Shown here piece by piece: positions 47,761 to 60,520 of a stretch of 64,000 nucleotides of DNA (its first letter is position 1; each line of letters begins with the position of its first letter). The DNA is taken from the NCBI RefSeq assembly GCF_009914755.1, contig NC_060933.1; one strand, 5' to 3'. Both the position numbers and the translations under genes were made by a program. Source of the DNA: the human T2T-CHM13v2.0 reference genome, Homo sapiens. Below the pieces are notes generated by a model that was not told where the DNA came from, searched no databases, and saw nothing but the letters and a program-made list of their open reading frames with translations.

Positions 47761-49649
47761 GTCTAGTTTCAGTCTTCAACACTGCTGACCCTTGGATGAG
47801 GTTTTTGTGGGGGGCCTTTTTTGTTGTTGCTGTTTTTGATGCTGTTGTTGTCACTTTCTGCTTCTTTTTCTTTCAATAGTCAGGTCCCTCTTCTGTAGGG
47901 CTGCTGCAGTTTGCTGGGGATTCACTTTAGGCCCTATTCATCTGATTTGCTCCCGTGCCTGGAAATGTTACTCAAGGAGTCTGGAGAGCAGTAAAGATGG
48001 GTGCCTCCTCCTTCTTCTGGGACCTCTGACCTCAAGGGGCACCAACCTGATGCCAGTAGAATTGTTCCTGTAGAGGGTATCTGACAATCCCTGTTGGGGG
48101 ATCTTACCCAGTTGGGTGGCACAGGGAGCAGGACGCATTTAATGAAGCACTTTGTCCCTTAGTGGAGAGGGTGTATTTTGCTGGGGGGAAAACCACTCAT
48201 CTGGGCTGCCTGGAAGTCCTCAGAACTACCAGGAGGAGAGGCTAAATCTGCTGGTCCACAGAGACTGAGGCCACCCCTCCTTGTAGGGGCTCAGGCCCAG
48301 GGAGATCTGAATTTTGTCCCTGAGCCTCTGGCTGGAGTTACTGGAGATCCTGCAGGGAAGCACCACTCACTGAGGCAGGATGAGTCAGGGTTAGGCCTAA
48401 AGAGGCACTCTGGCCGCAGACTGCCACAGCCAGTGTGTTGGGCTGTGGGGACAAGTCTTGGGACAGAGCCGTCCAGCCTCCTGGCTCCAGCAGGGGAAAA
48501 GCGCAGCCTGGAGCTATAGAAATGGGTGCTACCCTTCCCCAGTCCAGGGAGCTTAACATGTTATGCAGTTGGGAGTCCCAGTGCTGGCTGGTGCCCTGCC
48601 CCCAAGGAGCTCAATAGCTTAGCTAGCAGGCAGCTGCAGCCAGTGCTGGTCACCCCTCCCCGCCCAGAGTTCTGTAGGCTTAATCAGATTCCATCTGAGA
48701 GGCTGTAAGAATCTGCACATTCTGGGGTTGGGATGCTAGGCCCCAGTGGCATGGGTTCAATGGGATCTTCCAATCCGTGGGTTGCACAGTTCCATGGAAA
48801 AAGCACAGTTTCCCCGGCTGGGTAGCGTGCTCACTCGCTGCCTTTCTTGGCTCGGGGAATAGGGTTCTCCTTCCCTTTGTGTCTCGCAGGTGGGCTGCCG
48901 CACCACACTGTTCCTTCTCTCAATAGGTCACACCAGCCTTCTTGTTAATTTTTATGAGAACCTGGATACCTTGATTGCCGGTGAAGGATTCACAGGCTTA
49001 TTATGGTTTTTTTCGATGGGAGCCTCCAAACACGGCTGCTTCTAGTTGACATTTTGGCCCCACCCCTGAAAAGCTCTTAATTAAATGAATGAATTTATCC
49101 CAGAATGACTAAGATTAAATATTTTCCCATTAGACTAAACAAGAAGCCCAAGAAAAAAATTGCATTCTTATTGAGGAAACAAAGAAAGTGACATTTCTTG
49201 TCAACTTTAGTTTGTGATCTGAGATTTATGTGTTACCAATATAATGAGAGGTGGAAAAATGCTCTGGGACCCACTTAGGCAAAGCTACATCAATACAAAA
49301 CTGTCTTACATAAGACATGCTGCCAATGTAAAAATAAAGAACATATTAGACAGAAACACTGAAACATGGAGAGCTATAATTTCATGGGAATCCTGTGGGC
49401 TCTAAAGTGTGTATCACAGAGGTAAAGACTATAATCAAACCCAGCTGCTTTTATTCTGGCATTACCTATCATTTTCGTTTTGACAAGGGAAGACCGTTTC
49501 ACTACATTGATCATGATACAGTTTCCAAACGCTGATTCATTGCACACACACAGCTTGTGCCCCATGAAATTGTGAACACTATATAAATGATGCAAGAAAA
49601 GATGGCATGTTTGTGAGTTGAAACATTATGTAGATAAAACCACAATAGG

Positions 49650-49910
49650 TTTGTGGATACAGAGTTTAGACAATGAGAGTGACAGCTTTACATATGACAA
49701 ATTTATCTTTCAGCCTCAGTCTCATGCTAGCTGATTGATCTTGGGCAAGTAACTTAATATTTATAAACTTCGGTTTCCTAAGGTGCCAAATGACCATGAT
49801 AATAGTACAAATCTCACATAATCAAGAGATGTAAGTGAGATAATACATACATAGCACTCAGCACAGTGCCTGGCACATAGTATGCTTCCAACAGATGTGA
49901 GTTAAATTAT
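49650..49910 (+). mobile_element. MIR
   Basis: 'tgatcttgggcaagtaacttaa...cggtttcct...agcactcagcacagtgcctggcacatagtatgct'. Confidence 0.8.
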
Positions 49911-50657
49911 TTTATTCTTTTTTTGTTCATCTAAATCAAGCATTGTCTTTAAAATGACATGTGAAATAAAGGATAAAGTTGCATTTTTGCCTGTTTTAGA
50001 ATTTATCAAATTATGTAATATTGGGTTTATTAATGGAGCTATTTTTCATGTACAATTTAACTAGATTAGATACTGGGTAGATTAGATACTGGGTGACCTC
50101 TAATGCCCTTTCCATGTCTGAAATTGTACAGTTTGTAGGGATAAACAGTTGATCTGATATAGCTGACTTCAAATCATACCGTTTTCTACCTTTATAAGAC
50201 TTTAACAAGTATCTGTTATTTAACCAAACCCAAGAATCAGTAAGAAAATAAGGCCCTGATCAGTCAACTAAGCTACCAATTACTTTCCCACTGTTTACTT
50301 ACATTTTCCACAATCTCAGACACACTGCTCTTGATTCTTATTTATTATTCTTCGTTGGTATTAAATGCTAAATTAGAAGTTTCAAACTAATCATTTAGTT
50401 ACTACATCTAGTTATGCCAGAATGTCAAGATATTTCCTGCTAGGTTAAATATCACAATTAATAAGTATAATTGTTGTCCCTTCATTCTGCTTTTAAGCAC
50501 ATGGAGTGCAAGAATCTATCATTCTGAACTCTGTGGTCATCACGGTCTTCTTGTGCATATTTTCTTTTATCTCTAAGACTCAGAGATATAAGACCAGGGC
50601 CCAGCATTTATTTATCCTTATCCCAGGTACTCAGCATAATACTTGGAGTATAATAAT

Positions 50658-50767
50658 TAATGAATATTTGTAGGATCACTTAATAGGAATATGTGTGTGT
50701 CTGTGTGTGTGTGTAAACTAATGAATATTTGTAGGATCACTTAAAAGGCGTGTGTGTGTGTGTGTGT
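50658..50767. repeat. 61-bp tandem duplication including a (TG)n tract
   Basis: TAATGAATATTTGTAGGATCACTTAA at 50658-50683 and 50719-50744, each followed by (TG)n. Confidence 0.95.
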
Positions 50768-51250
50768 ACTCAACTTATTTAGTTTATCAAGGTTTAATCA
50801 TATGAAATTGACTTTTTCCACTCAAAAAAATAGAAAAAATAAAAAATTTTAACCTAAATGGTAAATGCCCATTATAGGCATAATTTCTAACTCTCAATTA
50901 AGTGAGGCAGTTATCAATGTTGATGAAAACAAGTTATTCAATTCATGGGTTTTTTTCATCTCACTTAATCTCCTTCTTATTTCTATCTTAATCTGCTTTC
51001 AGGACTATGTCTTGATTAAGTGCTATTCTTTAGTTCACTCAACCATTCATTTGAAAAATATTTATTGAGCATATTTGCAACAGGAACACTAGGTTCTAGG
51101 GATAAATTTATGAGCAAAACTAGTTGGGGTTCGTGTTCTAATGAAGACTTTAGCCTAGTGAGGTAGACAGACATTAATCAAATAATCACACTTATATAAG
51201 CTGAAAATAAATATTGTTTTAGAAGACTGCATCAGAAAAGAATTGATCTT

Positions 51251-51487
51251 GCCAGATGCATTACTCACGCCTGCAATTACAGCACTTTGAGAGACCAAAG
51301 TGGGAGGATTGTTTGGGCCCAGGAGTTTGAGACTAGCCTGGGCAACATAGTGAAACCCCATTTCTACAAAAAATTAAAAAATTAGCTAGGCATCGTGGCA
51401 CACATCTGTAACTCCAGCTACTCCAGGGGCTAAGGTGGAAGGATCCCTTGAGTCCAGGAGGTCAAGGCTGCAGTGAGCTGTGACCAC
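51251..51487 (+). mobile_element. AluJ, 3'-truncated (no tail)
   Basis: J-type 'ggattgtttgggcccaggagtttgagactagcctgggcaacatagtga' and 'gtcaaggctgcagtgagctg'; stops about 45 nt short of the tail. Confidence 0.9.
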
Positions 51488-52273
51488 TCAAGAACAGATC
51501 CTAACTGGTAAGTGTAAATGATGGCTTCTCAGAGGAAGTGTCACTTATATTGAAAATTAAAGAATAAATATTAATAGATGCCACAACAACACTTCTGTTT
51601 ATAAAAATTGAGCCACCAGATATTGATATTCTAAGCATAGCTCCAGTAAACTAGCCATTGTATATTGAAATATTTTATAATAGTTTGAGAAAGAGAAAAA
51701 GTAGGTTTTGATAGTGAACAATATATACAAAGTAATGGAAAAGAAAATGGGACATGTGAGAAACTGAGAGAAATATGGTTGAAGGATCTTTGATAAGACT
51801 AGAAATGTATGCAGAGACTAGACCATTAGGGATTTTCATCATAATCTTCAGCGAAGTGGAAGGATATTAAATTCTTTAATTATTGGTGCACTTTTATATC
51901 ACTCTAGCTATAGCATATATGATGGCTGGCGGTGAGAAATGCAGAAATTCAGTTAAGTGGACTATTGCAATAGTTAGAGAGATGAAGTAGTATTAACAAC
52001 CATGGGGGTAATGGTGGTGATGAAGAGAACTGTATAAACTTGAGAATTTGTTTGGAATACACATTTAACAGAAGACAATGGTAGATTGATTTTGGTCATT
52101 AGGATGAAAAATAAGTCAGAAGTAACTGAAAAATATTTTGGGGGGAAAATGTTATGAGGTCACTTTTGGACATGTTGAAGTTTTGTTTTAAACTTCTTTA
52201 TAGAGATGTTGAGTGTGCAATTAGGTAACCGTATCAGGAACCCACAGTTGAGGTTTGATTAAATAAGTTGAAT

Positions 52274-52311
<38 letters not shown>

Positions 52312-52810
52312 TCCTTTCACTATTTCACTACATATATATAATGTGTATGTGTATTCACTATATAGTGAAATTGTGTGTGTATGTGTAGTATAGTGTTTAT
52401 GTGTGAGTAGTGTGTGTATGTGTAGTGAAATTGTGTGTGTATTCACTATACAGTGAAATAGTGTGTGTATTCACTATATATGTATATATATACATATGTA
52501 TATATGTGTGTATATATACACACACGTGTATATATACATATATACACGTGCATACATACATATATACACGTGTATACATATATACACGTGTATATATACA
52601 TATATAATATACACGTGTATATATACATATACATATATGTATATACACATATATACACCATATATACACATGTATATATACACACACATATACACATGTA
52701 TATATACACACATATATACACATGTATATATATACATATATAGTGAATACACGTGTGTGTGTATATGTGTGTGTGTGTGTGTATATATATATAGTGAAAT
52801 AGTGAAAAGA
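52274..52810. repeat. complex (CA)n/(TA)n/(TG)n array with terminal inverted repeats
   Basis: Alternating purine-pyrimidine tracts. TTTCACTATTTCACTA (52315-52330) is the exact reverse complement of 52792-52807. Confidence 0.95.
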
Positions 52811-53046
52811 ACTGGGGAGAGATCATTGTGAAGTAGATGACAGGTAATGCCTATAGTGTAGATGAAATTGCCTAGGCAGCAGGTTTAAAGTAAGAGGACC
52901 TGGAGGAATTTAACATGTTATTAGTGTGAAAGAAAAATAAATAAGAAGCATTCGTAGATAAATACGAAAGAAGAGAGAAGTTTCATGTTTCAGAACCCAA
53001 GAGAAAACTAGGTTTTCAGAGGTAGAGTGCTTCCCTGTGTCAAGTG

Positions 53047-53343
<297 letters not shown>

Positions 53344-53376
53344 AAGCTTTTTGTGAGATCAAGTAAGGTAAAGACT

Positions 53377-53915
53377 TGTAATGTTCAGGGGTCTCCAGTG
53401 GTCCTAGTTGACTAGATTTCCCAGGAGCAACTTCCCCCCTTCAATCTCATTTGTGCCAAAGATGTGATGTAAGCACCATCTCATGTTCAGTTTGTTTTGG
53501 CAGCACTTTCACAAGATGAATAGCGGCAGCAGGTCAGTGGCATGAGCCGAATGCAGTCAGGGGGTCAGATGACCCAGTGACTGAAGTGTCTCCATCTGGA
53601 GACCATTCTAAGAGTTTATGGGATTCGTCCCCTTTTCTTACACCTGTATTCAGTCTGGGTCCATTACCAGGTGTTTCTTTCATAAATGGAATGTAAGCAT
53701 TTCTTGTAAGGGTAAACTTTTTAAGGTTTATGAAAGTTGCACCTGTCCTGAAGTGGCCTGGTCTCCTGAAATCCCCATGCCAGGGTTGGAAATCCCAGGG
53801 ACGGGTTGCACGATACTGTAAGTGACATGTAGTGTCAATCCAGTGAGACACTTGGGTTGTCCTCATGACTATCATTAATCTTAGAGCCATGATATGTCTC
53901 TTACAGTATACTACA
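53377..53915 (-). mobile_element. probable solo LTR, family not recognised
   Basis: A ~530-bp block, more GC-rich than its surroundings, beginning TGTAA and ending TACA, that interrupts L2 colinearly. Confidence 0.5.
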
Positions 53916-54939
53916 ACTATAAAATATTTATTGACTATGACTAATTTAGGTCATGTGTCGGCATAGGGAGAGAAGTTTTGATAGTGTCAGTTTAGTAGAT
54001 CGGGTTATGGAGGGAGTAAGCTGTGAGAAAATATAGACTTCAAGTACAGATAATTTACTGAGGAATTTTCCTTGGGAAACACTGAAGAGGGAAAAAAAGG
54101 ACCTAGGTTGAAAAGATGTGCATAGAGAAGAAAGGGTTTTTTTTTTTTAATAGAATAAACTTGTTTGAAGAGATGATACATGATAATACTTACATACATA
54201 CATATACAGATTATAACAATCCAATTGAACATAAGAGAGAGGAGAAGGTCAAATGATAATATAAAATGTCTGAGCACTCAAGAGAGAATACGGTTGGAGA
54301 TACAAGTGAAGGAATTGAGAAAAAGATGTTAGATAACAATATAAAATATATACAATAATGAAAACATTGATACATATAATAATGCTACCATGATGGTATG
54401 GTAAAGATGACTGCTATTACTTAATGCTTATTATGTGCCAATCACTGTTCCAATCACCTTTTGTGTTGCAGACAGATACATGTAAGTTGTAGGGTTGCTG
54501 CCAAAAAGCTGAAAGCACTTATTTCTGATGATATTATTAATCGCTATACAGCAAAAAGCAAAGTTATATAGTAATAGTGATGGGGACAGTGGGCTTTATA
54601 GGGAAAGATTGCTAGAGACCTAAGGAGCATGGGAAAGTTTGAAATTATTATTATAAAAATGAGAGAATGAATTGAAAACAAGAAGTATAGTGAAATTGTC
54701 AGGCAATGTTTTGGACATACTTGAAGCAAGTGATCATCAATTTATAGTGATTATCAATCTGCTTTGTGGTATCATTTTCTCCAATATTGCTCAATTGCTC
54801 AGATTTAATTAACTTTAAATCAGCCAACATTTATTGATGCCTACAGCACAATAGGGCAGTTTCAGATGCTGTGGGGAAAGTCTAGGCCTATCTCATAGGC
54901 CCAAAGTCTGGTTTTACTTACCCAAGATAATTAAAACTC

Positions 54940-56290
54940 CACATCTTAAGATTCTGGTTCTAAATTCAATGTAGCTGATGTTGGACAAATCCACTAACAA
55001 ATAGTGATTGTAAACTCTGGACAAATATTAACACATGTATAACTCTTTAAAGGCACTGGGAAGCAAAGAATATCAGGGAGAAAGTACAGGAAATTCAGTC
55101 TTTCCTAGAAGTAAATTGCACAAGGTGAGAGCTACACTAATTCAGCCTTTCTCTTTAAAGCACTCAACAAACTACATAATAAGGGGTCCTTTGCACTCAA
55201 AAGGAAACTTACAGTCTTATTGACTTGAGAGGTCAAAGTACTGAGTTCAGGCCACAAAAGAAGCTAGCAATTGAGGTATTAAATTCTAGGAAGAGTGATC
55301 TGAGAGTTGGGGAGCAAGCCTAACTCTCCTAGAAATCCCTCAAATAATTGAAAGACCCTTGAATTATATGTGGAAAAAGAATCTAAGGACCCCAGTTGAA
55401 TCTGGACATAAGCTTCAGTTGTCATCCATTACAGAAGACTTTGTCTGGAACTTGCATATCACCAAGTTAGAGTGGCTTGGATATTACCTTAGAGTTTTAC
55501 TGATGGAAACTACATATACCACAGTCAAGAGAAAAAGCAATCAACACAAACAAATCTCAAGAGAATTTATATTCTAAAACAAAATAATAAAAAAGAACAC
55601 AACTCAAATTCTAGTATTTAAAAGGATAATATCTGAAATAGATAAATTTCTGAATTAAATTCGTAAAAACTTGGAGACAACAGAAAAGATGCTCAGTGAA
55701 CCTGAAGACATGTAAACATAAATCATCCTATCTGAAGAGCAGAGAGGAAAATAAATAAAAATACAAAGAGAACAGAACTTCAGTGACCTATAGGACAACA
55801 TTAAACTAAATAATATACGTGGAATTGTAATTCCACAAAGATATATAAAGTGCAAATGAGACAGAAAATATATTTTTAAAAAGAATGGATAAACATGTAT
55901 CAAATTGGATGAAACACAAACTGCATATCAAGGAAATTCAGCAAACCCCAAGTAGGATAACAATAAGGATAAGCATCCCCAGATGCATTAAGGTCAATAG
56001 GTAGGAAACCAAAAATTATTCAAAAGATCTTGAAAATGGCCAGAGGAAAAAGACACATGATAATATTAATTACAGCTAACTTCTCATAAGAAACTATAAA
56101 GAACAGAAAACAATGAGATCATTTAATAGATACAGGTTTCTACAAACCCATAATTCTATATACAACCTAATTATCTTTTAAATGAGCTGCTGGAAAGAAT
56201 TTTCACCTAAGCCAAAGGTTAAAGCATGTGCTGCCAGCAAAAGTACATTATTAAAAAAACTGATAAAAATAATAATAAAAAATACACTAA
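54940..56290 (+). mobile_element. old L1M 5' region / ORF1 relic
   Basis: 'cagtgaacctgaagac...atctgaagagcagagagg...cttcagtgacctataggacaac', 'gaaattcagcaaaccccaagtaggataa'. Confidence 0.7.
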
Positions 56291-56575
56291 AGGGTCCATA
56301 CTGTATGATTCTTTTATATGAAGTTCAAAAATAGACAACGCTTACTCTGGTGATCAAGATCAGAATTATTGTTACCTTTGGGGTGATGGGCCTTGATTGG
56401 GAGGAAGCACTAGGAAATTTCAGATAGGCTGGAAATAGTCTATATTTGGATCTGGGTAGTGATTACCAGGATGTAAAAATTTATTGAGCTGCACATTTTA
56501 GATTAATGCATTTTACTAAATGTAAGTTGTACCCCCATGAACCATGGTGCGTCCCCTATTTAAAAAAAAAAGAGT
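56291..56575 (+). mobile_element. L1ME-like 3' end
   Basis: 'catactgtatgattcttttatatgaagttcaaaaatagacaa...ggctggaaatagtctatatttggatctgggtagtgattac'. Confidence 0.75.
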
Positions 56576-56799
56576 TCATAAAATGACGTATATAAAGCAT
56601 ACAATGCTTGATGTGTCATTGGAACTCAGTGTTAGCTTCCTTTCTGTCTTTAAAGATATCAAACCAGGTACCACATTTAACAGGACTATTAACAGACAAG
56701 AAGACATCGAAATACAAATAAATGCCATTAAAAATAAATCAGTATTCACATATTCTTAAGTGAAATTAATGAAAAGAACTGAAGACATTGCTTTAAAAA

Positions 56800-57045
56800 A
56801 CACTTCAGATAAACTGAAAACATTTTCCAAATAGTTGAGGCTCTCCATGTCAAAGAGGGAGTGGATTTCTTTTCAGTTTCTAGAGTGCCCAGAACTAGTG
56901 AAGGAAACAAATTATCATCATCTACCTCTTAAAAAGTGATCTTCCCTCACTAGAGGCATTCAAGTAGCAGCTAGAAGACAATATCAAAGATATGATAAGA
57001 GGGTGACAACTCAAGTTGTTTAACCCTACGTTTTCAAGATACTGA
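56800..57045 (+). mobile_element. L3/CR1 3' fragment
   Basis: 'ttccctcactagaggcattcaagtagcagctagaagac' resembles the CR1/L3 terminus. Confidence 0.5.
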
Positions 57046-57060
57046 GTAATTAACAAAGAA

Positions 57061-57368
57061 GGTCAGGCAGGGTGGCTCAAACCCTTAATCCTAGCACTTT
57101 GGGAGGCTGAGGTGGTAGATAGCTTGGGCCCAGGAGTTTGAGACCAGCTCTGGCAAATGGTGAAACCTCTTTGCTACAAAAAGCAAAACAAAAACAAAGA
57201 ATTAGCTGGTTGTGGTGGTGCCTACCTGCAGTCCCAACTACTTGGGACTACCTGAGCCTGGGAGGTTGAGGCTGTAGTGAGCTGTAATTGCACCACTGCA
57301 CTCCAGCCTGGATGATAGAATAAGACTCCATCTCAAAAAAAAAAAAAAAAAAGAAAAAAGAAAAAAAA
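57061..57368 (+). mobile_element. AluJ with a short internal deletion in the right arm
   Basis: Dimer with A tail. TSD aattaacaaagaa (57048-57060) / aatgaacatagaa (57367-57379), 2 mismatches. Confidence 0.92.
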
Positions 57369-60339
57369 TGAACATAGAAGTCTCAGAAAGATGCAGAATA
57401 TTCAGTGTCATCGAAGCATCCAAGGAAGCATATACTTGTACCCATTGCCTTCAAATAACATAACCCAGTTTTCTGAATACAGAAAATTTTCAGGTTCGTG
57501 AATATACAATTGACAATTTACAATTGAAGGTAGATAACTTTTGTCCAGTGGGAGGGGAAGTTGACAGAAAATAAGTATGAAGGAAGCATCATTGCATTTA
57601 GTTCTGTCTGTCAGATTACAAGGAAACAGGGGGCTCATACTATCTTAGATGACAATGGTTTATTTTAAGGATTCCTGGAAAGTGAGAAAGCACAAAAAAA
57701 TTATCTGAAGGTAGAATAATTAGCGCTCATGGAGAATGAAATGCCATTCATAATCTTCCATAACATGGGTTCCATAAACTACTCAGAAATTCAATGAAAA
57801 GTTTTCTTCCATTTTGTTTTAATCTCCTTTTTAATTATTAAACCTTCCATGTCTTCTTCAATAAAGCTATATACCCTATAGTAAAACCAAAACACTAAAG
57901 TGCAGTGAAGCAGAGGATAACCATTATGTAAACCAGTTAGAAAGATTAAATGTGAAAAATATATCAAGACCACAGAACAATCCTTCCAATAACAGCAACG
58001 AAGAGGAATAAACAGAATGTATGTTTGCTCTAAAGATGGGTATATGGTTTTGTGGCTCTGCCCATACTGTCCTATAAAGTAAATCAATACAGCTATATCT
58101 TTCCTATGATAACCAATGTTTTCACTTAAAATATTGGTTGGATTACCAGAGTCTGCCCAAAATACTCCATTCATGCTGCAAAATTCATCCACTGCCTCGG
58201 CATCAATTTTCAATGCCCTATCTACCACAGTTTAAGGCAATAAATGAGTCTTTATGTCTTTGATAGAATATGGAAAAAGATAAGAGTTTTATAAACTCTC
58301 CTATAGTTTATGAAAGAAGAAAAGGGGGGCAACAAAAATCTGTACTTTATTTGCTGATAGAAGAAACTTAGATTAGATAAAAAAGCACAAGTGAAGAGAG
58401 TCAACATTTGGTCTAACTTTGTGAGTAACAGGAAGCAAATACTGGACTGCTTTCATTAATGGTCAATAAATTTCTTTCTATAAAGAATAAAACTTTTTAT
58501 TCAGCAGGCATAATGAAATACAAATATTCTTTGGCAGAAAACACAAGGACTTAATTTTCTACTGACATTTAATGCATAGACATATAAAAGCGTATTTGGA
58601 TGGATTCCGAAAGGATACGTAAATGTTACTACCTTGTACCCAGTTTGTCTTCATGCAGACACTGCTTTAAATCACTACTATCTGATTTATTCCAGAAAGC
58701 AGGTTTTAGTAAAGATTTCAGGGACAGAAAAAATAAGGATGCAGAAGATCTGAAAGTGTTTAATGGAGTGCTTGGGTTAAATAAGAGGAAGAACAATATT
58801 AAGAAGCTAGGATTTTCTGTTTCTCTATTTTGTCCTTACTACTGGCCCCCATTTAACAAGTTTTAGAATCTATTTTAGAAGAAAGAAGCAACGTTAACTC
58901 TTAATCTGGTAGGGTCTCACTTAGTAAATTAAGACCAAAACCACCAAATGGAATGTAATTTCATTACCTTCTTAAGTCAAATGTGTCTACTAAAATCTAT
59001 GAGTTAAAATAGTGTAAGCTACAGTTTGAACATCACGATTATATGCTGAAAATGTCTAAGAAATTCTTCCAACACCAACACAGTTATTATATGAAAAAAT
59101 ACTTGTATACACATGGCATCAGACTTTTTATGACTCATTATAACTTCAAACTGCCCTTGAGCCAAAACTTTAAACTTTTTTTCATTTCTGAAATATCTAC
59201 TGCCACTTTTAGCCTTCCCACTTACCCTTCATGCCTGAAGAACATTTACTCTGCATCTTTTCTTTAGGTATTCCTAGGAGCTATTGGGCTAATTGCTGCT
59301 CAATGTCATTTCAATTACTCTAGTACAAGATTTAATGAGAATAAAATCATATATTGCTTTTGTTTCATGAATTACCAGAATGGTTATTAGTTCTGGCATC
59401 CTTCAAGAATGCCCATGATGTTCTATCTATGGAAAAAATAGGAATTAATTTTAAGACTTGATCATAGCCCAATATAAAAAAGTTACTTTATTATATTGTC
59501 TTTCATTGAATGACTTACAAGTTCAGACATGTCAATTGACCTTCTTGAAGATGAATAATAAATGTGTATGTGTATTTCCTTACTGAGAAAAAGACACAAT
59601 AATTCTCTAAATTACATTTTAAATAGCTTGGGATGTTATATTTCTATTTCAGAATGTTTAGAAAGTTGAAATCATTATACTTGAATAACTTTCTTAATTA
59701 CATCATGAATTAATATGTCCTTATCAGATATTTTGAGCTAAACTAATATTCTCTGTATTAAGTACATACCATGATATTTCATATGTGTTCTATTGTTAGG
59801 ATAAATGTTATTATATTCATTACATTATGAAATATATAGTCAGTGCACAACCATTATGATTATAAAAATCTTAATGTAATTCCATCTCTATCCCATATCA
59901 ACTGTAATCTAAATAGTCTAAATTCAGTGTACTATATTCATAGACTGAAAGAGATTACAACTCTCCTCTATGTCTTTTCCAAGTAGAGAGTAGACACAAA
60001 TTTATATAGTTATCATAATACTACTGTTTCATGTCAAAACTTTCATAAATAAGTATTTCCTTTCCCATATGTAATAATAGGCATGCATCAGGTATACATC
60101 TATATCACTAGAATAAAGCAGTTGACGGTTTTCATCTGCTGGACTCTGTGATTGCTTCTGCCTGGAAAGTCTTTTCCCACTCTGTCAACCTGGAAAACAT
60201 CTACTTATTCATCAAGAATCAGCCTACCCAGAACATTTCCTGGGTGTTGATCTTGAAGTAACAACTTAGAGCAAGGGTATACAAAAATGTAATATAGGGT
60301 ATACGAAAATAGGTAAAACTCTAATTATGCTCTCAAAAT

Positions 60340-60520
60340 GATATCAGTCTGTCTGTTTGTGAACTTCAGCAAATTACCTATATTTTCAATGCCACAGTTT
60401 CATCAACTTAAAATGAGAATAAAATAGTACCCATATCAGAGGAGTGTTTGGGGTGCTATTTAAGAATATATATAAATTATTTTAAAAGAAAATCAAATAC
60501 ATAATACACAAAAAATGATA
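60340..60520 (+). mobile_element. MIR
   Basis: 'gtgaacttcagcaaattacct...ccacagtttcatcaacttaaaatgagaataaaatagtaccc'. Confidence 0.7.

Noticed and set aside
48100-49066. GC-rich stretch as a host-gene CpG-island promoter
   Set aside because: Entirely the L1PA8 5' UTR, with CpGs mostly decayed.
52234-52831. Seven overlapping Y/I/H/T/C/V-rich ORFs; the array as a CRISPR-like locus
   Set aside because: The ORFs are stop-free read-throughs of dinucleotide repeats. There is no constant repeat with unique spacers, no cas gene, and the DNA is primate.
57791-58228. Longest non-repeat ORF (145 aa, minus strand)
   Set aside because: Non-ATG start, no domain I recognise, composition typical of AT-rich noise, and no convincing splice sites.
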